A stretch of DNA of 49,287 nt from Clostridia bacterium. GTDB lineage: Bacteria > Bacillota > Clostridia > Christensenellales > UBA3700. The stretch spans positions 1 through 49,287 of the forward strand of contig JAVXBP010000002.1 of NCBI GenBank assembly GCA_036659935.1. The letters run 5' to 3'. Both the position numbers and the translations under genes were made by a program. The notes beneath the pieces were generated by a model. That model searched no databases and was not told the origin of the DNA. It saw only the letters and a program-made list of their open reading frames with translations. Below, one piece after another: positions 7,829 to 16,390 of this stretch. Numbering within the stretch: position 1 is the stretch's first letter; every line of letters begins with the position of its first letter.

Positions 7829-10087
7829 ATGGAAGAAAAAAAGTGTTGCCACGGCAACGGAAAAAATATAGACGGGCTTGCAAAACAAGCTTGTCATTGT
7901 CACGAAAAAGTTGACGATAACAAAGTAGTTTGTCACTGCGACGAAAAGACAAGTGACAACAAAGAAGTTTGTCACTGTCACGAAAGTGGCAAAGAAAAGC
8001 AATCAGAGACGAGTTCTTGCTGCGCGAGTTCTCACAAGCCGTCGGCTCAAGTTTCGGCTTGCGGTTGCGGTGGCGAACACTCAAGTCAATCGGCTTGCGG
8101 TTGTGGCGGTTTGCATTCTGACGGCGGAAAGCGCGCGAATATGATTATGCTCGCCAAAATTCTGGTGTCGCTCGGCTTTCTTATTCTTGGCTTTCTCGAT
8201 TGGCATTCGATTGGGCAAAATGTAAAATGGTTGATGGTTTTCCACTATTTTAACCCTGCTTGGATAGCGGTGGTTTTGTGCGGAATTCCTATTTTTGCAG
8301 GCGCGATAAATTCGCTCGCCAACAAAAAAATCACCGCGTCGGTGCTTATCAGCGTGGCGATGTTGTCGGCGATTGTGTTGGAAATCGTAGGCTTTTTCTA
8401 CCCTATTGACGGGGACGGCGGACACACGCACAGTTATGTTTTTGTGGCTGGCGAAGTCGCGTTTTTGATGGCGATTGGCGGCGCGATAGAAGATTGGACG
8501 GTCGGAAAGACCAAGGCAGGCATTGCGCGCCTTGTCGGTTTGATTCCAAAAGAGGCATTTGTCAAAGTGGGCGACAGGTTGGAAAAACGCTCGCTTGCCG
8601 ACATCAAAATTGGTGACATTGTTGTCGCGAAAGCTGGCGAAATGATTGCTGTTGACGGCGAAATTATATCAGGAAGCAGTTCGGTTGACGTCTCGTCGGT
8701 TACGGGCGAATATGTGCCTGCGGAATTGACTGTCGGCGACAAAGTTTACGGCGGAACTTTCAGCAAAACGGGCGCGATAGAAATCAGAGTGGAAAAGCTT
8801 TTGCAAGACATGACAATCGCCAAAATGGCTGAGCTTGTCGAAGAAGCGCAAGGCAAAAAAGCCCCGATATCGCGCGTCGCGGACAGGTGGGCGAGCGTGA
8901 TTGTGCCGACTGCCATTGGGCTGTCGATTGTGGTCGGTTTGGTGGCAGGGCTTGCGTTCAAGACGTCAGTTGTTGAGGCGATTATTCGTTCGATAACGGT
9001 GCTGATTGTCTTTTGTCCGTGCTCGTTGGCGTTGGCGACTCCGACGGCGATTGCGGCAGGACTTGGCAATTCTGCGCGCAACGGCGTGCTTGTCAAAAGT
9101 GGCGCGAGCCTCGAAGTTTTGAGCAAGGCGGACACAATTTGTTTCGACAAAACGGGCACGTTGACGGAAGGCGCGCTGACGGTTTGCGACGTCGTTGTTG
9201 ACGGCGTGGAAGAAAATGAGCTGTTGAAACTTTGCGCCAGCGTCGAGAATTATTCTGAGCACCCACTCGCGGCGGCGGTCGCGCGTAAGGCGGAAGGCTT
9301 GGGAATCTATCAATCGAGCGATATCGAAATTTTGCAAGGCGTGGGCGTTGTCGGCAAGGCGAATGGAAAAGAAATCAAGCTTTTGTCATTTGCGCAAGCG
9401 GTCAAATCAAAGTGTAATCTCGACAAATTCGCCACGCAAGCTGACGAGTTGTTGGCGCAAGGCAAGACGCTTGTTGTCGCGCTTGTTGACGGAGCGACGG
9501 CAGGGCTGTTGGCGTTTTCTGACACGATAAGGCAGGACGCTAGGCAAGTCATCGACACGCTCAACAAGGGCGGTTACGCCACGATTATGCTCACGGGCGA
9601 CAACGAGAAAAGCGCTCGCTACGTCGCGGAAAAGTGCGGAATTCAACAAGTCAAATTTGGACTGTTGCCACAAGAAAAATTGCAGGTCATAAAGGACTTG
9701 CAGGCAGGCGGACACAAGGTTTGCATGGTCGGCGACGGCATCAACGACGCTCCGTCGCTCAAGCTGGCTGATTGTAGCCTTGCGATGGGCGCGCTCGGCA
9801 GTGATATTGCGATAGAAACCGCCGATATGGCAATTTTGAACAGCGATATGAACAAAATCGTTGACACGCTCGCGCTTTCGAAACGCGCGCTTGGCACAAT
9901 CAAACGCAATATTATCCTTGCAATGTCAATCAATCTTGTGGCGATAATTCTCTCGATGTTTGGAATTCTTACGCCAATGAGTGGGGCGATTGTGCACAAC
10001 GTTACGTCAATTCTTGTAGTGCTGTCGTCAGCAATGTTGTTGAGAAAAGGAAAATCGCAAAAAAAGCAAGGTGGCGAAGCAAAATAA
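7829..10087 (+). CDS. P1B-type heavy-metal-translocating ATPase with Cys/His-rich repeat N-terminus
   Basis: Motifs CPC (VFCPCSLALATP), DKTGTLT, SEHPLA, GDGINDAP. The N-terminus has CHCHE/CHCDE and SACGCGG repeats instead of a ferredoxin-like CxxC HMA domain. Confidence 0.9.
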   Translation: MEEKKCCHGNGKNIDGLAKQACHCHEKVDDNKVVCHCDEKTSDNKEVCHCHESGKEKQSETSSCCASSHKPSAQVSACGCGGEHSSQSACGCGGLHSDGGKRANMIMLAKILVSLGFLILGFLDWHSIGQNVKWLMVFHYFNPAWIAVVLCGIPIFAGAINSLANKKITASVLISVAMLSAIVLEIVGFFYPIDGDGGHTHSYVFVAGEVAFLMAIGGAIEDWTVGKTKAGIARLVGLIPKEAFVKVGDRLEKRSLADIKIGDIVVAKAGEMIAVDGEIISGSSSVDVSSVTGEYVPAELTVGDKVYGGTFSKTGAIEIRVEKLLQDMTIAKMAELVEEAQGKKAPISRVADRWASVIVPTAIGLSIVVGLVAGLAFKTSVVEAIIRSITVLIVFCPCSLALATPTAIAAGLGNSARNGVLVKSGASLEVLSKADTICFDKTGTLTEGALTVCDVVVDGVEENELLKLCASVENYSEHPLAAAVARKAEGLGIYQSSDIEILQGVGVVGKANGKEIKLLSFAQAVKSKCNLDKFATQADELLAQGKTLVVALVDGATAGLLAFSDTIRQDARQVIDTLNKGGYATIMLTGDNEKSARYVAEKCGIQQVKFGLLPQEKLQVIKDLQAGGHKVCMVGDGINDAPSLKLADCSLAMGALGSDIAIETADMAILNSDMNKIVDTLALSKRALGTIKRNIILAMSINLVAIILSMFGILTPMSGAIVHNVTSILVVLSSAMLLRKGKSQKKQGGEAK

Positions 10088-10201
10088 CCGCTCAACGCTC
10101 GCAAAATGCGCGTGAAAAAAGAAAAAGTGCTCGCAAAAGAAGAAAAGCGCGACCAAGCTGATAAATTTTTGAATAATAATTTGAAATATGGCAAAAACAT
10201 T

Positions 10202-10230
10202 TTGACAAATAAATGTTATTGTGTTAATAT
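10202..10230 (+). promoter_or_regulatory. candidate promoter of tRNA-Ser
   Basis: TTGACA (10202-10207), 17 nt, TAATAT (10225-10230). Confidence 0.45.
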
Positions 10231-10297
10231 ATCAATGTTGCAATCAATTGACAAGCTCAATTGTTGCATTTATACAAAGTTTTAGCTTTGGTCGCGT

Positions 10298-10388
10298 GGA
10301 GAAATACCCAAGAGGCCGAAGGGGCTCCCCTGCTAAGGGAGTAGTACGGGAAACCGTAGCGAGAGTTCAAATCTCTCTTTCTCCGCCA
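10298..10388 (+). tRNA. tRNA-Ser (anticodon GCT), CCA encoded
   Basis: Hand-folded. Acceptor GGAGAAA/TTTCTCC; anticodon stem CTCCC/GGGAG with loop CTGCTAA; long variable arm; T-arm GAGAG-TTCAAAT-CTCTC; discriminator G plus CCA. 91 nt. Confidence 0.9.
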
Positions 10389-10428
10389 AAACTGATGGTT
10401 ATCAATGATGACCGTCAGTTTTTGTTTT
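10389..10428 (+). terminator. intrinsic terminator after tRNA-Ser
   Basis: AAACTGATGGT / ACCGTCAGTTT stem (one G-U) followed by TTTTTGTTTT. Confidence 0.7.
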
Positions 10429-10547
10429 ATCGGCAATGTGGCGGTTTTATTTTTAACGGAAAAATAAAAGCATATTTTAATGTTGTATAAGACATTTTTG
10501 CGATATTTTTAATCAAAAGTGGTGGTTGCTATTTTTTGCAAGAATGG

Positions 10548-10754
10548 TCAGTCTTTGGTATATTCCAAAATATCGGACGGCTGGCACTCTAATATTTCGC
10601 AAAGCTTGTTCAATGTGGAAAACCTTATCGCCTTAATTTTTCCTGTTTTGATATTGGAAGTGTTTGCCAAAGTGAGACCTATTTTTGACGAAAGGTCGTT
10701 GAGTGAAATATGTTTTTTGAGCATAATCTCGTCTAAATGTAGTATGATTGCCAT
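10548..10754 (-). CDS. XRE-family (Cro/CI-type) helix-turn-helix transcriptional regulator, 68 aa
   Basis: LDEIMLKKHISLNDLSSKIGLTLANTSNIKTGKIKAIRFSTLNKLCEILECQPSDILEY is the classic short HTH_XRE layout. Confidence 0.8.
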   Translation of the reverse strand: MAIILHLDEIMLKKHISLNDLSSKIGLTLANTSNIKTGKIKAIRFSTLNKLCEILECQPSDILEYTKD

Positions 10755-10993
10755 AAAATTATATCACCATTTTTTTATTTTTTTTGCATAGCGTTGGCGA
10801 GCTGAAAAGCTATGCCAAACTATGTTAAGAGTGGACTTATCGCAAAAATATTATGCTTATGCTTTTTAGAACTTTTTGTTGAGATGCTGTCATAATTGTC
10901 GCTCATATACTGTCAATTATAGCACAAAAATCTAATATAGTACACAAAATTTATCAATATTTAATAAATTTTTATCGAATAGCAATAGAAGTG

Positions 10994-11022
10994 TTGACAA
11001 TTTTTAAAAAAAGCGATAACAT
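10994..11022 (+). promoter_or_regulatory. candidate promoter of the islet two-gene operon
   Basis: TTGACA (10994-10999), 17 nt, TAACAT (11017-11022), ~20 nt before the AAGGAG SD. Confidence 0.4.
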
Positions 11023-11042
11023 TAATAAAAAAGGAGTCATAT

Positions 11043-11459
11043 ATGAAAAAATCTAAAATATTATGTATGTTCTTTTTAATGTTAAACCTATGTTGTATCT
11101 TCATTTTTCCAACTTTTGCGTCAGCGGAAGAGTTGGATAATGCAAATCATCAATATTCTAACTATATTGATTGGGAGCAAACAAGAAAAATAGTCAATAC
11201 AAAAGATGTAATAAGTATAGATGCCGGAAATCCAATTATGTTGTTTGCAGCCGTAGAAGATCCGTCTACAGCTGGAGCTCAATCAATTATGCATGCGATA
11301 GTGGCTCATACATATCATGAAAGACTTGGGTTTATGGGAGCTAGAAAATATAGTTACGTATGTCATTTCGGTTGGGGGCCAAAGTATAACAATGTGGAAG
11401 TTCATAATGCAATAAAATATATTACGGTAGGAACTAGTTATATGTTGGAGATGAAATAA
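11043..11459 (+). CDS. hypothetical secreted protein (138 aa, Sec signal peptide)
   Basis: AAAGGAG SD. N-terminus MKKSKILCMFFLMLNLCCIFIFPTFASA|EE. No family recognised. AT-rich codon usage unlike the neighbours. Confidence 0.6.
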   Translation: MKKSKILCMFFLMLNLCCIFIFPTFASAEELDNANHQYSNYIDWEQTRKIVNTKDVISIDAGNPIMLFAAVEDPSTAGAQSIMHAIVAHTYHERLGFMGARKYSYVCHFGWGPKYNNVEVHNAIKYITVGTSYMLEMK

Positions 11460-12091
11460 TGTCTAAAGCCAGTAAAGTTGCAATAATTTGTAGCGCAATT
11501 GTAATAGTTATAGTCCTTGTGACAGTATTATTGTTTTCTTACAATACTGATTTGTTTGTTAATAAGAACCGCAAGGAGCTGACATTGCAGTTGAATGACA
11601 GGTCAATTACGATACCTTTAGAACATAAGTATTCTTTCTATACGCCAACAGTTCGTGTTTTAAAAACGGAGAAAACTATTAATGAAATAATTTGTATGTT
11701 TACCGAAAATATAAATGATAAAAAAGATAAAATAGTGGTAAAAATGATTGACCAAATAGCTTTTTTATATTTGTATACTGATAATGTTTTTGCGCAAAGT
11801 ATATTTATTGAACCTTACGGCGCGAAAAAAGACGAGCTCAGAGTAGGTGTTAACGAATTTGTTCCGCTCTGTTTGTTTGGTAGCGTTGAACATTTTAACG
11901 AGCTATTTCAAGATAAAGACAAACTTGTAGATGGCGGAATATACAATTTGCAAGAAAAACACTATCCCAACAGCTTGCAAATGCTGAGAGAATATTTGTC
12001 ACATATTTACGATATTAAAAACTATGATGTGGGCTCTATAAGTTTGGTAGTAGAAAACAAAAATATAAAGTTAAAAGATATCAGCAGTTAG
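11459..12091 (+). CDS. hypothetical N-terminally membrane-anchored protein (210 aa)
   Basis: Start overlaps the upstream stop (TAATG), suggesting translational coupling. One TM (VAIICSAIVIVIVLVTVLLF). No family recognised. Confidence 0.6.
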   Translation: MSKASKVAIICSAIVIVIVLVTVLLFSYNTDLFVNKNRKELTLQLNDRSITIPLEHKYSFYTPTVRVLKTEKTINEIICMFTENINDKKDKIVVKMIDQIAFLYLYTDNVFAQSIFIEPYGAKKDELRVGVNEFVPLCLFGSVEHFNELFQDKDKLVDGGIYNLQEKHYPNSLQMLREYLSHIYDIKNYDVGSISLVVENKNIKLKDISS

Positions 12092-12118
12092 AAAGATGTT
12101 CAAATTTTTTGTGTTCAA

Positions 12119-12148
12119 ATTCGCAGTCCCCGCGCTGTGAATTTTTTT
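12119..12148 (+). terminator. intrinsic terminator ending the islet operon
   Basis: ATTCGCAG / CTGTGAAT stem (one G-U), 8-nt loop, T7 run. Confidence 0.65.
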
Positions 12149-12439
12149 GCCAAAGAAAAAGGCATATTGCGCAATATCACAAGCGATAGCAAAACGAAGT
12201 GGAGAGAAAAATGTGAAAATTGCCACGAGTTTTCGTTATTGTGGAATGTTATAAATTTAACAAATGATTGCCAAAAGTTTAACAAGATATTGTCATTTTT
12301 TTAACAAAATTTTGCTAACAAAAGTTGGTTTTCGCCGACTTGTAAAAGTCGAGTTTTACTGCAAAAACGCTCGAAAATGCTCGAATATGCGAGTTTTTGT
12401 GGAGATTGAAAGAGAAATAAAAAATAATTCAAATATATC

Positions 12440-12468
12440 TTGATATTTGTTTTGCGGTATAGTATACT
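12440..12468 (+). promoter_or_regulatory. candidate promoter of V-ATPase operon (long ~245-nt leader)
   Basis: TTGATA (12440-12445), 17 nt, TATACT (12463-12468). Confidence 0.45.
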
Positions 12469-12713
12469 AAATCTATGAGACGATAACATTATCCAAATTG
12501 TCGAGAAATAATCGTCGCCAAAAGTAGAATTTTCCAAAGAAAAAAAGTGGAAAACATTGCAAAAAGAAATTTGTGTCGCAAAAAACGCAAGCAATGTTGA
12601 AAGAGAATTTTCCAAAGAAAACAAACTCGGCGAACGCTGTCGAAAGCGGAAATGTTGTCAAAGTAGCAATCAAAATTTAATACTGAAATTGGCATATGGT
12701 ATGAGGGGTATTT

Positions 12714-13043
12714 ATGGGAATTCAGGAAATTATCAATTCTATTGCGAGCGCTGAGCGCGAGGCTGACGAGATTGTTCGTCTTGCCACGTCCAAGGCGAGT
12801 GAAATGCAAATGAAAGCGGAGACTTCCGCTTCGTCTGCGATTGCGACCGCAAAAACAAATGCAAAAACTTGCCGAAAGCAAGCCGCTGCGCAAGCCGAAA
12901 TAAACCTCAAAACTGTTGTAGAAGAAAGAATTGCTCAAGGCGAAAAAAATGGCGCGTTGAGTTTGCAATCTGTCGATCAAAAAATTGACAAGGCGGTCGA
13001 GTTCTTAACAGGGAGGCTTGTCGAGCAATATGTCAATCGTTAG
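12714..13043 (+). CDS. V/A-type ATPase small peripheral-stalk subunit (NtpF / G-H-like)
   Basis: 109-aa Ala/Lys/Glu-rich coiled-coil protein. It holds the first position of an operon with the same gene order as the E. hirae ntp operon. Confidence 0.6.
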   Translation: MGIQEIINSIASAEREADEIVRLATSKASEMQMKAETSASSAIATAKTNAKTCRKQAAAQAEINLKTVVEERIAQGEKNGALSLQSVDQKIDKAVEFLTGRLVEQYVNR

Positions 13044-15168
13044 AATGAGAAAGTTGACCCTTATCGGGTTGACAAGTGACAAAGATAAATTGTTGCGCGC
13101 CCTTTCGAGATTGCGCGCGTTGGACGTCAAGGTCGCCGATGAGTTGAAAAACACCAGCGCTTTTGAGCAGGACAAAGACAAAATAAATGAAAAATTTTCG
13201 CGCGTTTCCAATGCGCTCGCTCTTGCGGAAAAAATTAAAAAAGACGCAAAAGCTATCAATATTTATTCTCAAAACAATATAAAACAATTCCAAAAAGCAG
13301 TCAAAAAAGACGGAGAAGATTTGGCGGAACTCACAACGCCACTTGTCTATGCAAACACAACCGACACGAAAGCGTTGGAAGTTTTTGTCGCGACAAAAAA
13401 GCCGAAATTCCAAGAGCCGAAGATATTCACTTTCGACGACTTGGACGAAATTTTCCGCAATCGCGCGCGAATTGAAGGCTATATCGCCGACATCGAAAAC
13501 GCGAGCAAAAGAATTGATTCTATCAAAACGGAGCTGTCGAAGTTGTCGTTGTTGAGAAATCAATTGCTTGTCTATCGCTCGATTGACGCGCCGTTTTCTG
13601 AGTTTGTCGACCACAAGTATATGTCGTGCATTGTGGGCGCTATGCAAAAGTCCAAGCTCAATGAGCTCGCTTTGGCGCTCAAAGAAGTTGACTTGTGCGA
13701 GCTTTTCCGCTTCGACGACGTTTTTTCTGAGGCGGCGTTCGCTGTAATTTTCCACAAAGAAGTCGCGAGCGAAATCAACGGCGTTCTCAACAATTTTGTC
13801 TATACAAAATGTCCGTTCGAATATTCTCGCGCGACGATTGAGTGCATTGAAGAAATCAATTGTGGCATGGCAAAACTCGGTCAAGAGTGCAAAAATGTAG
13901 CTTTCGAAAACGCCGAGCAAGGGGACAAACTCAAGGATATTCAAACGCTTTTTGACTATTACAATCTCGAATTGCGCAAGTTGGAAGCGGCGGAAAAATG
14001 TCGCGCGACGACAAAAACTTTCTTGTTGGAAGGTTGGATTCCGTTCGACAAAGAAAGCGTTGTCAGCGAGAAATTGAGTGACAAAGATTGCGTGGTCGCA
14101 TTCGAATTTGCCGACCCGCAAGACAACGAACTGCCACCGACTTTGACAAAAAACAACGGTTTTGTCTCAGCCTTTGAGGGCGTGACAAATATGTACGGCG
14201 TGCCAAATTATCGCGAACGCGACCCAAACACGTTGTTGGCAATTTTCTATTTTTTACTTTTTGGCATTATGCTTGGCGACGCGGGCTATGGTATTCTTGT
14301 GACGCTCAGTTGCTTTGTTTATTTGGCGCTTGCAAAAAAGACAAAAAAGCAAAGCCCAATGATAAAAATGTTCCTTTTCTGTGGCATATCGACCATTGTG
14401 TGGGGCGTGCTGTTTGGTGGTTGGTTCGCAATCGAAAACATTGGCGCGCTGGAGTCTTTGAGATGGTTCAACCCACTCAACGAACCGCTCAAAATGTTCG
14501 TTCTTTCGTTATGTATGGGCGCTTTGCAAGAAATGGTAGCGTTTTTTGTCGGTGGAATTACAAAGGCGGAAAACGAAAAAAGCATACCGAAAAAGATTGG
14601 ACTTATGCTCAGCAACTTCGGTTGGTGCGCGGTTATGATAGCGTTTTTCTTGGTGTTGCCTGCGATGATGAAAATTCTTGGCATAACAACCGAGACTGTC
14701 GGCTGGCAAGCGACAATGGTGAGCGTGGGCGGTTATGTCGCGCTTGTCGGCGTGGCGATGCTTGTGCTTGGCGGTGTGGTTGGCAAGACGAATCCGCTCA
14801 AAATGTTTACGGGCATTTTTGGCAATCTTTATGGCGGAATCAACGTTATCAGCGACTTGTTGAGCTATACAAGACTTTTTGGACTGGGGCTGACGTCGGC
14901 GGTTATTGGCTACGTTATCAACATTTTGGTAGGAATTTTCGTTCAAATGCTCGGCTGGGCTGGCTGGATAATCGCTGTGCCTGTCTTGATAATCGGTCAC
15001 GGCTTCAATATCGGTATCAATATGCTCGGCGCGTATGTGCACAATGCAAGGTTGCAATTTATTGAATTCTTTGGACACTTCTATGACGGAAGCGGTTATC
15101 TCTACAAGCCGTTGGGGGCGGAAATGAAATATACCTTTGTCGAAACGGCGAGCGAAAACGCAAAATAA
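13030..15168 (+). CDS. ntpI: V-type ATPase subunit I (a subunit)
   Basis: ~710 aa with a soluble N-terminal half plus a multi-TM C-terminal half (..YTRLFGLGLTSAVIG.., HGFNIGINMLGAYVHNARLQFIEFF). The ORF track starts at TTG 13018; ATG 13030 follows a GGAGG. Confidence 0.9.
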   Translation: MSIVRMRKLTLIGLTSDKDKLLRALSRLRALDVKVADELKNTSAFEQDKDKINEKFSRVSNALALAEKIKKDAKAINIYSQNNIKQFQKAVKKDGEDLAELTTPLVYANTTDTKALEVFVATKKPKFQEPKIFTFDDLDEIFRNRARIEGYIADIENASKRIDSIKTELSKLSLLRNQLLVYRSIDAPFSEFVDHKYMSCIVGAMQKSKLNELALALKEVDLCELFRFDDVFSEAAFAVIFHKEVASEINGVLNNFVYTKCPFEYSRATIECIEEINCGMAKLGQECKNVAFENAEQGDKLKDIQTLFDYYNLELRKLEAAEKCRATTKTFLLEGWIPFDKESVVSEKLSDKDCVVAFEFADPQDNELPPTLTKNNGFVSAFEGVTNMYGVPNYRERDPNTLLAIFYFLLFGIMLGDAGYGILVTLSCFVYLALAKKTKKQSPMIKMFLFCGISTIVWGVLFGGWFAIENIGALESLRWFNPLNEPLKMFVLSLCMGALQEMVAFFVGGITKAENEKSIPKKIGLMLSNFGWCAVMIAFFLVLPAMMKILGITTETVGWQATMVSVGGYVALVGVAMLVLGGVVGKTNPLKMFTGIFGNLYGGINVISDLLSYTRLFGLGLTSAVIGYVINILVGIFVQMLGWAGWIIAVPVLIIGHGFNIGINMLGAYVHNARLQFIEFFGHFYDGSGYLYKPLGAEMKYTFVETASENAK

Positions 15169-15312
15169 ATCGACAAAAACTCGACAAAAACTCGTTAAAA
15201 AATCGTTACAAATTGTGAGAAAATCACATTGTATATAAAACAAAATAAAATATTGGGACTGTTGAGACTTCAACGCTCGGCATTTTCCAAAACAAAAGGA
15301 AGGTAGAAAATT

Positions 15313-15792
15313 ATGGACTTTACAGGAACAGCAATTGCCTTGTTGGGCGCCGCGTTGGCGGTCTTTATGTGTGGCATTGGCTCGTCAATCGGCGTCGCGA
15401 AAGCGGGACAAGCGGCAGCAGGTGTTATCGCGGAAGACAACAGCAAGTTTTCAAAAGTTTTGTTGTTGCAACTTTTGCCAGCGACACAGGGCATTTATGG
15501 CTTCGCAATTGGCTTTATGGTTTTGATAAAACTCAACGCTTTGGGCGGCGCTATCACAATGTTGAGCATTGGCTCGGGCATTGGAATGATGTGCGCGTGC
15601 TTGCCAATCGCGATATCAGGTTTGGTGTCGGCGATATATCAAAGCAAGGTTGCAATCGCGGGCATTTCGTTGGTAGGAAAAAGAACGGAGGACTTCGGCA
15701 AAGGTATGATTATGACGGCAATGGTCGAGACATATGCATTGCTCGGCTTGTTGATATCATTCTTGGCGGTGTTCCTTCCACAGTGGGCGTAA
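15313..15792 (+). CDS. ntpK: V-type ATPase proteolipid subunit K (double-hairpin c subunit, Na+-site residues present)
   Basis: Near-collinear with E. hirae NtpK: LLLQLLPATQGIYGFAIGF, GLVSAIYQSKVAIAG, TAMVETYALLGLLISFL. Confidence 0.9.
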   Translation: MDFTGTAIALLGAALAVFMCGIGSSIGVAKAGQAAAGVIAEDNSKFSKVLLLQLLPATQGIYGFAIGFMVLIKLNALGGAITMLSIGSGIGMMCACLPIAISGLVSAIYQSKVAIAGISLVGKRTEDFGKGMIMTAMVETYALLGLLISFLAVFLPQWA

Positions 15793-15801
15793 GGCTATAT
15801 T

Positions 15802-16383
15802 ATGACAGGAAACGAAAAAATAATCGAAAAAATTCTCGCTGACGCAAACGCGACGGCTGACAAAATTTTGACCGACGCGCAAGTCAAGGTCAACGCTTTG
15901 ACGGCAAAAACGCAGGCGGAGTGTGACAAAATTGCTGCGCAAGCCAAAAAGGAAAGCGACGCGGAAGTCGGTGAAATGTTGAAACGCCGTCAGACTGTCG
16001 CCGACCTTGATATCAAAAAAGCGCTGTTGAGCAAACGCAAGGCGCTTATGAATATCGTGTCAGAAAAAGCGATAGAAAAATTGCGCGCGTTGCCGAGAGA
16101 AAAATATAAGGCGATTGTCACACAAATGATTGAGAAAAACGCTGAGGACGGCGATATTGTCACGATAGCCCAAACCGACAAAGATATTTTGACGGCGGAC
16201 TTTGTGGCGAGCGTCGCAAAATCACTTGGCGTGAAATTGACCTTGAACAAATCGTATGGCGAGTTTGCAGGCGGTGTCGTCTTGCAATCGAAAAACGTTG
16301 ACAAAAACCTTACTTTTGAGGTGGAATTAAACGCTATCCGCAATGAGGTTGAACCCCAAATTGCAGAAATTCTTTTTAGTTGA
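15802..16383 (+). CDS. ntpE: V-type ATPase subunit E
   Basis: 193 aa; N-terminal coiled coil (KIIEKILADANATADKIL..) plus C-terminal globular part. Operon position supports the call. Confidence 0.85.
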   Translation: MTGNEKIIEKILADANATADKILTDAQVKVNALTAKTQAECDKIAAQAKKESDAEVGEMLKRRQTVADLDIKKALLSKRKALMNIVSEKAIEKLRALPREKYKAIVTQMIEKNAEDGDIVTIAQTDKDILTADFVASVAKSLGVKLTLNKSYGEFAGGVVLQSKNVDKNLTFEVELNAIRNEVEPQIAEILFS

Positions 16384-16390
16384 GGAATAA

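Noticed and set aside
10221-10490. 89-aa ORF on the plus strand.
   Set aside because: It runs straight through the tRNA-Ser gene and its terminator.
12099-12126. Two GTTCAAAT(T) strings at the right edge of the AT-rich islet that match the tRNA-Ser T-loop region, possibly an attR remnant.
   Set aside because: The match is only 8-9 nt in AT-rich DNA. The second copy is part of the islet operon's terminator stem, and no integrase is present. This is insufficient to call an att site.
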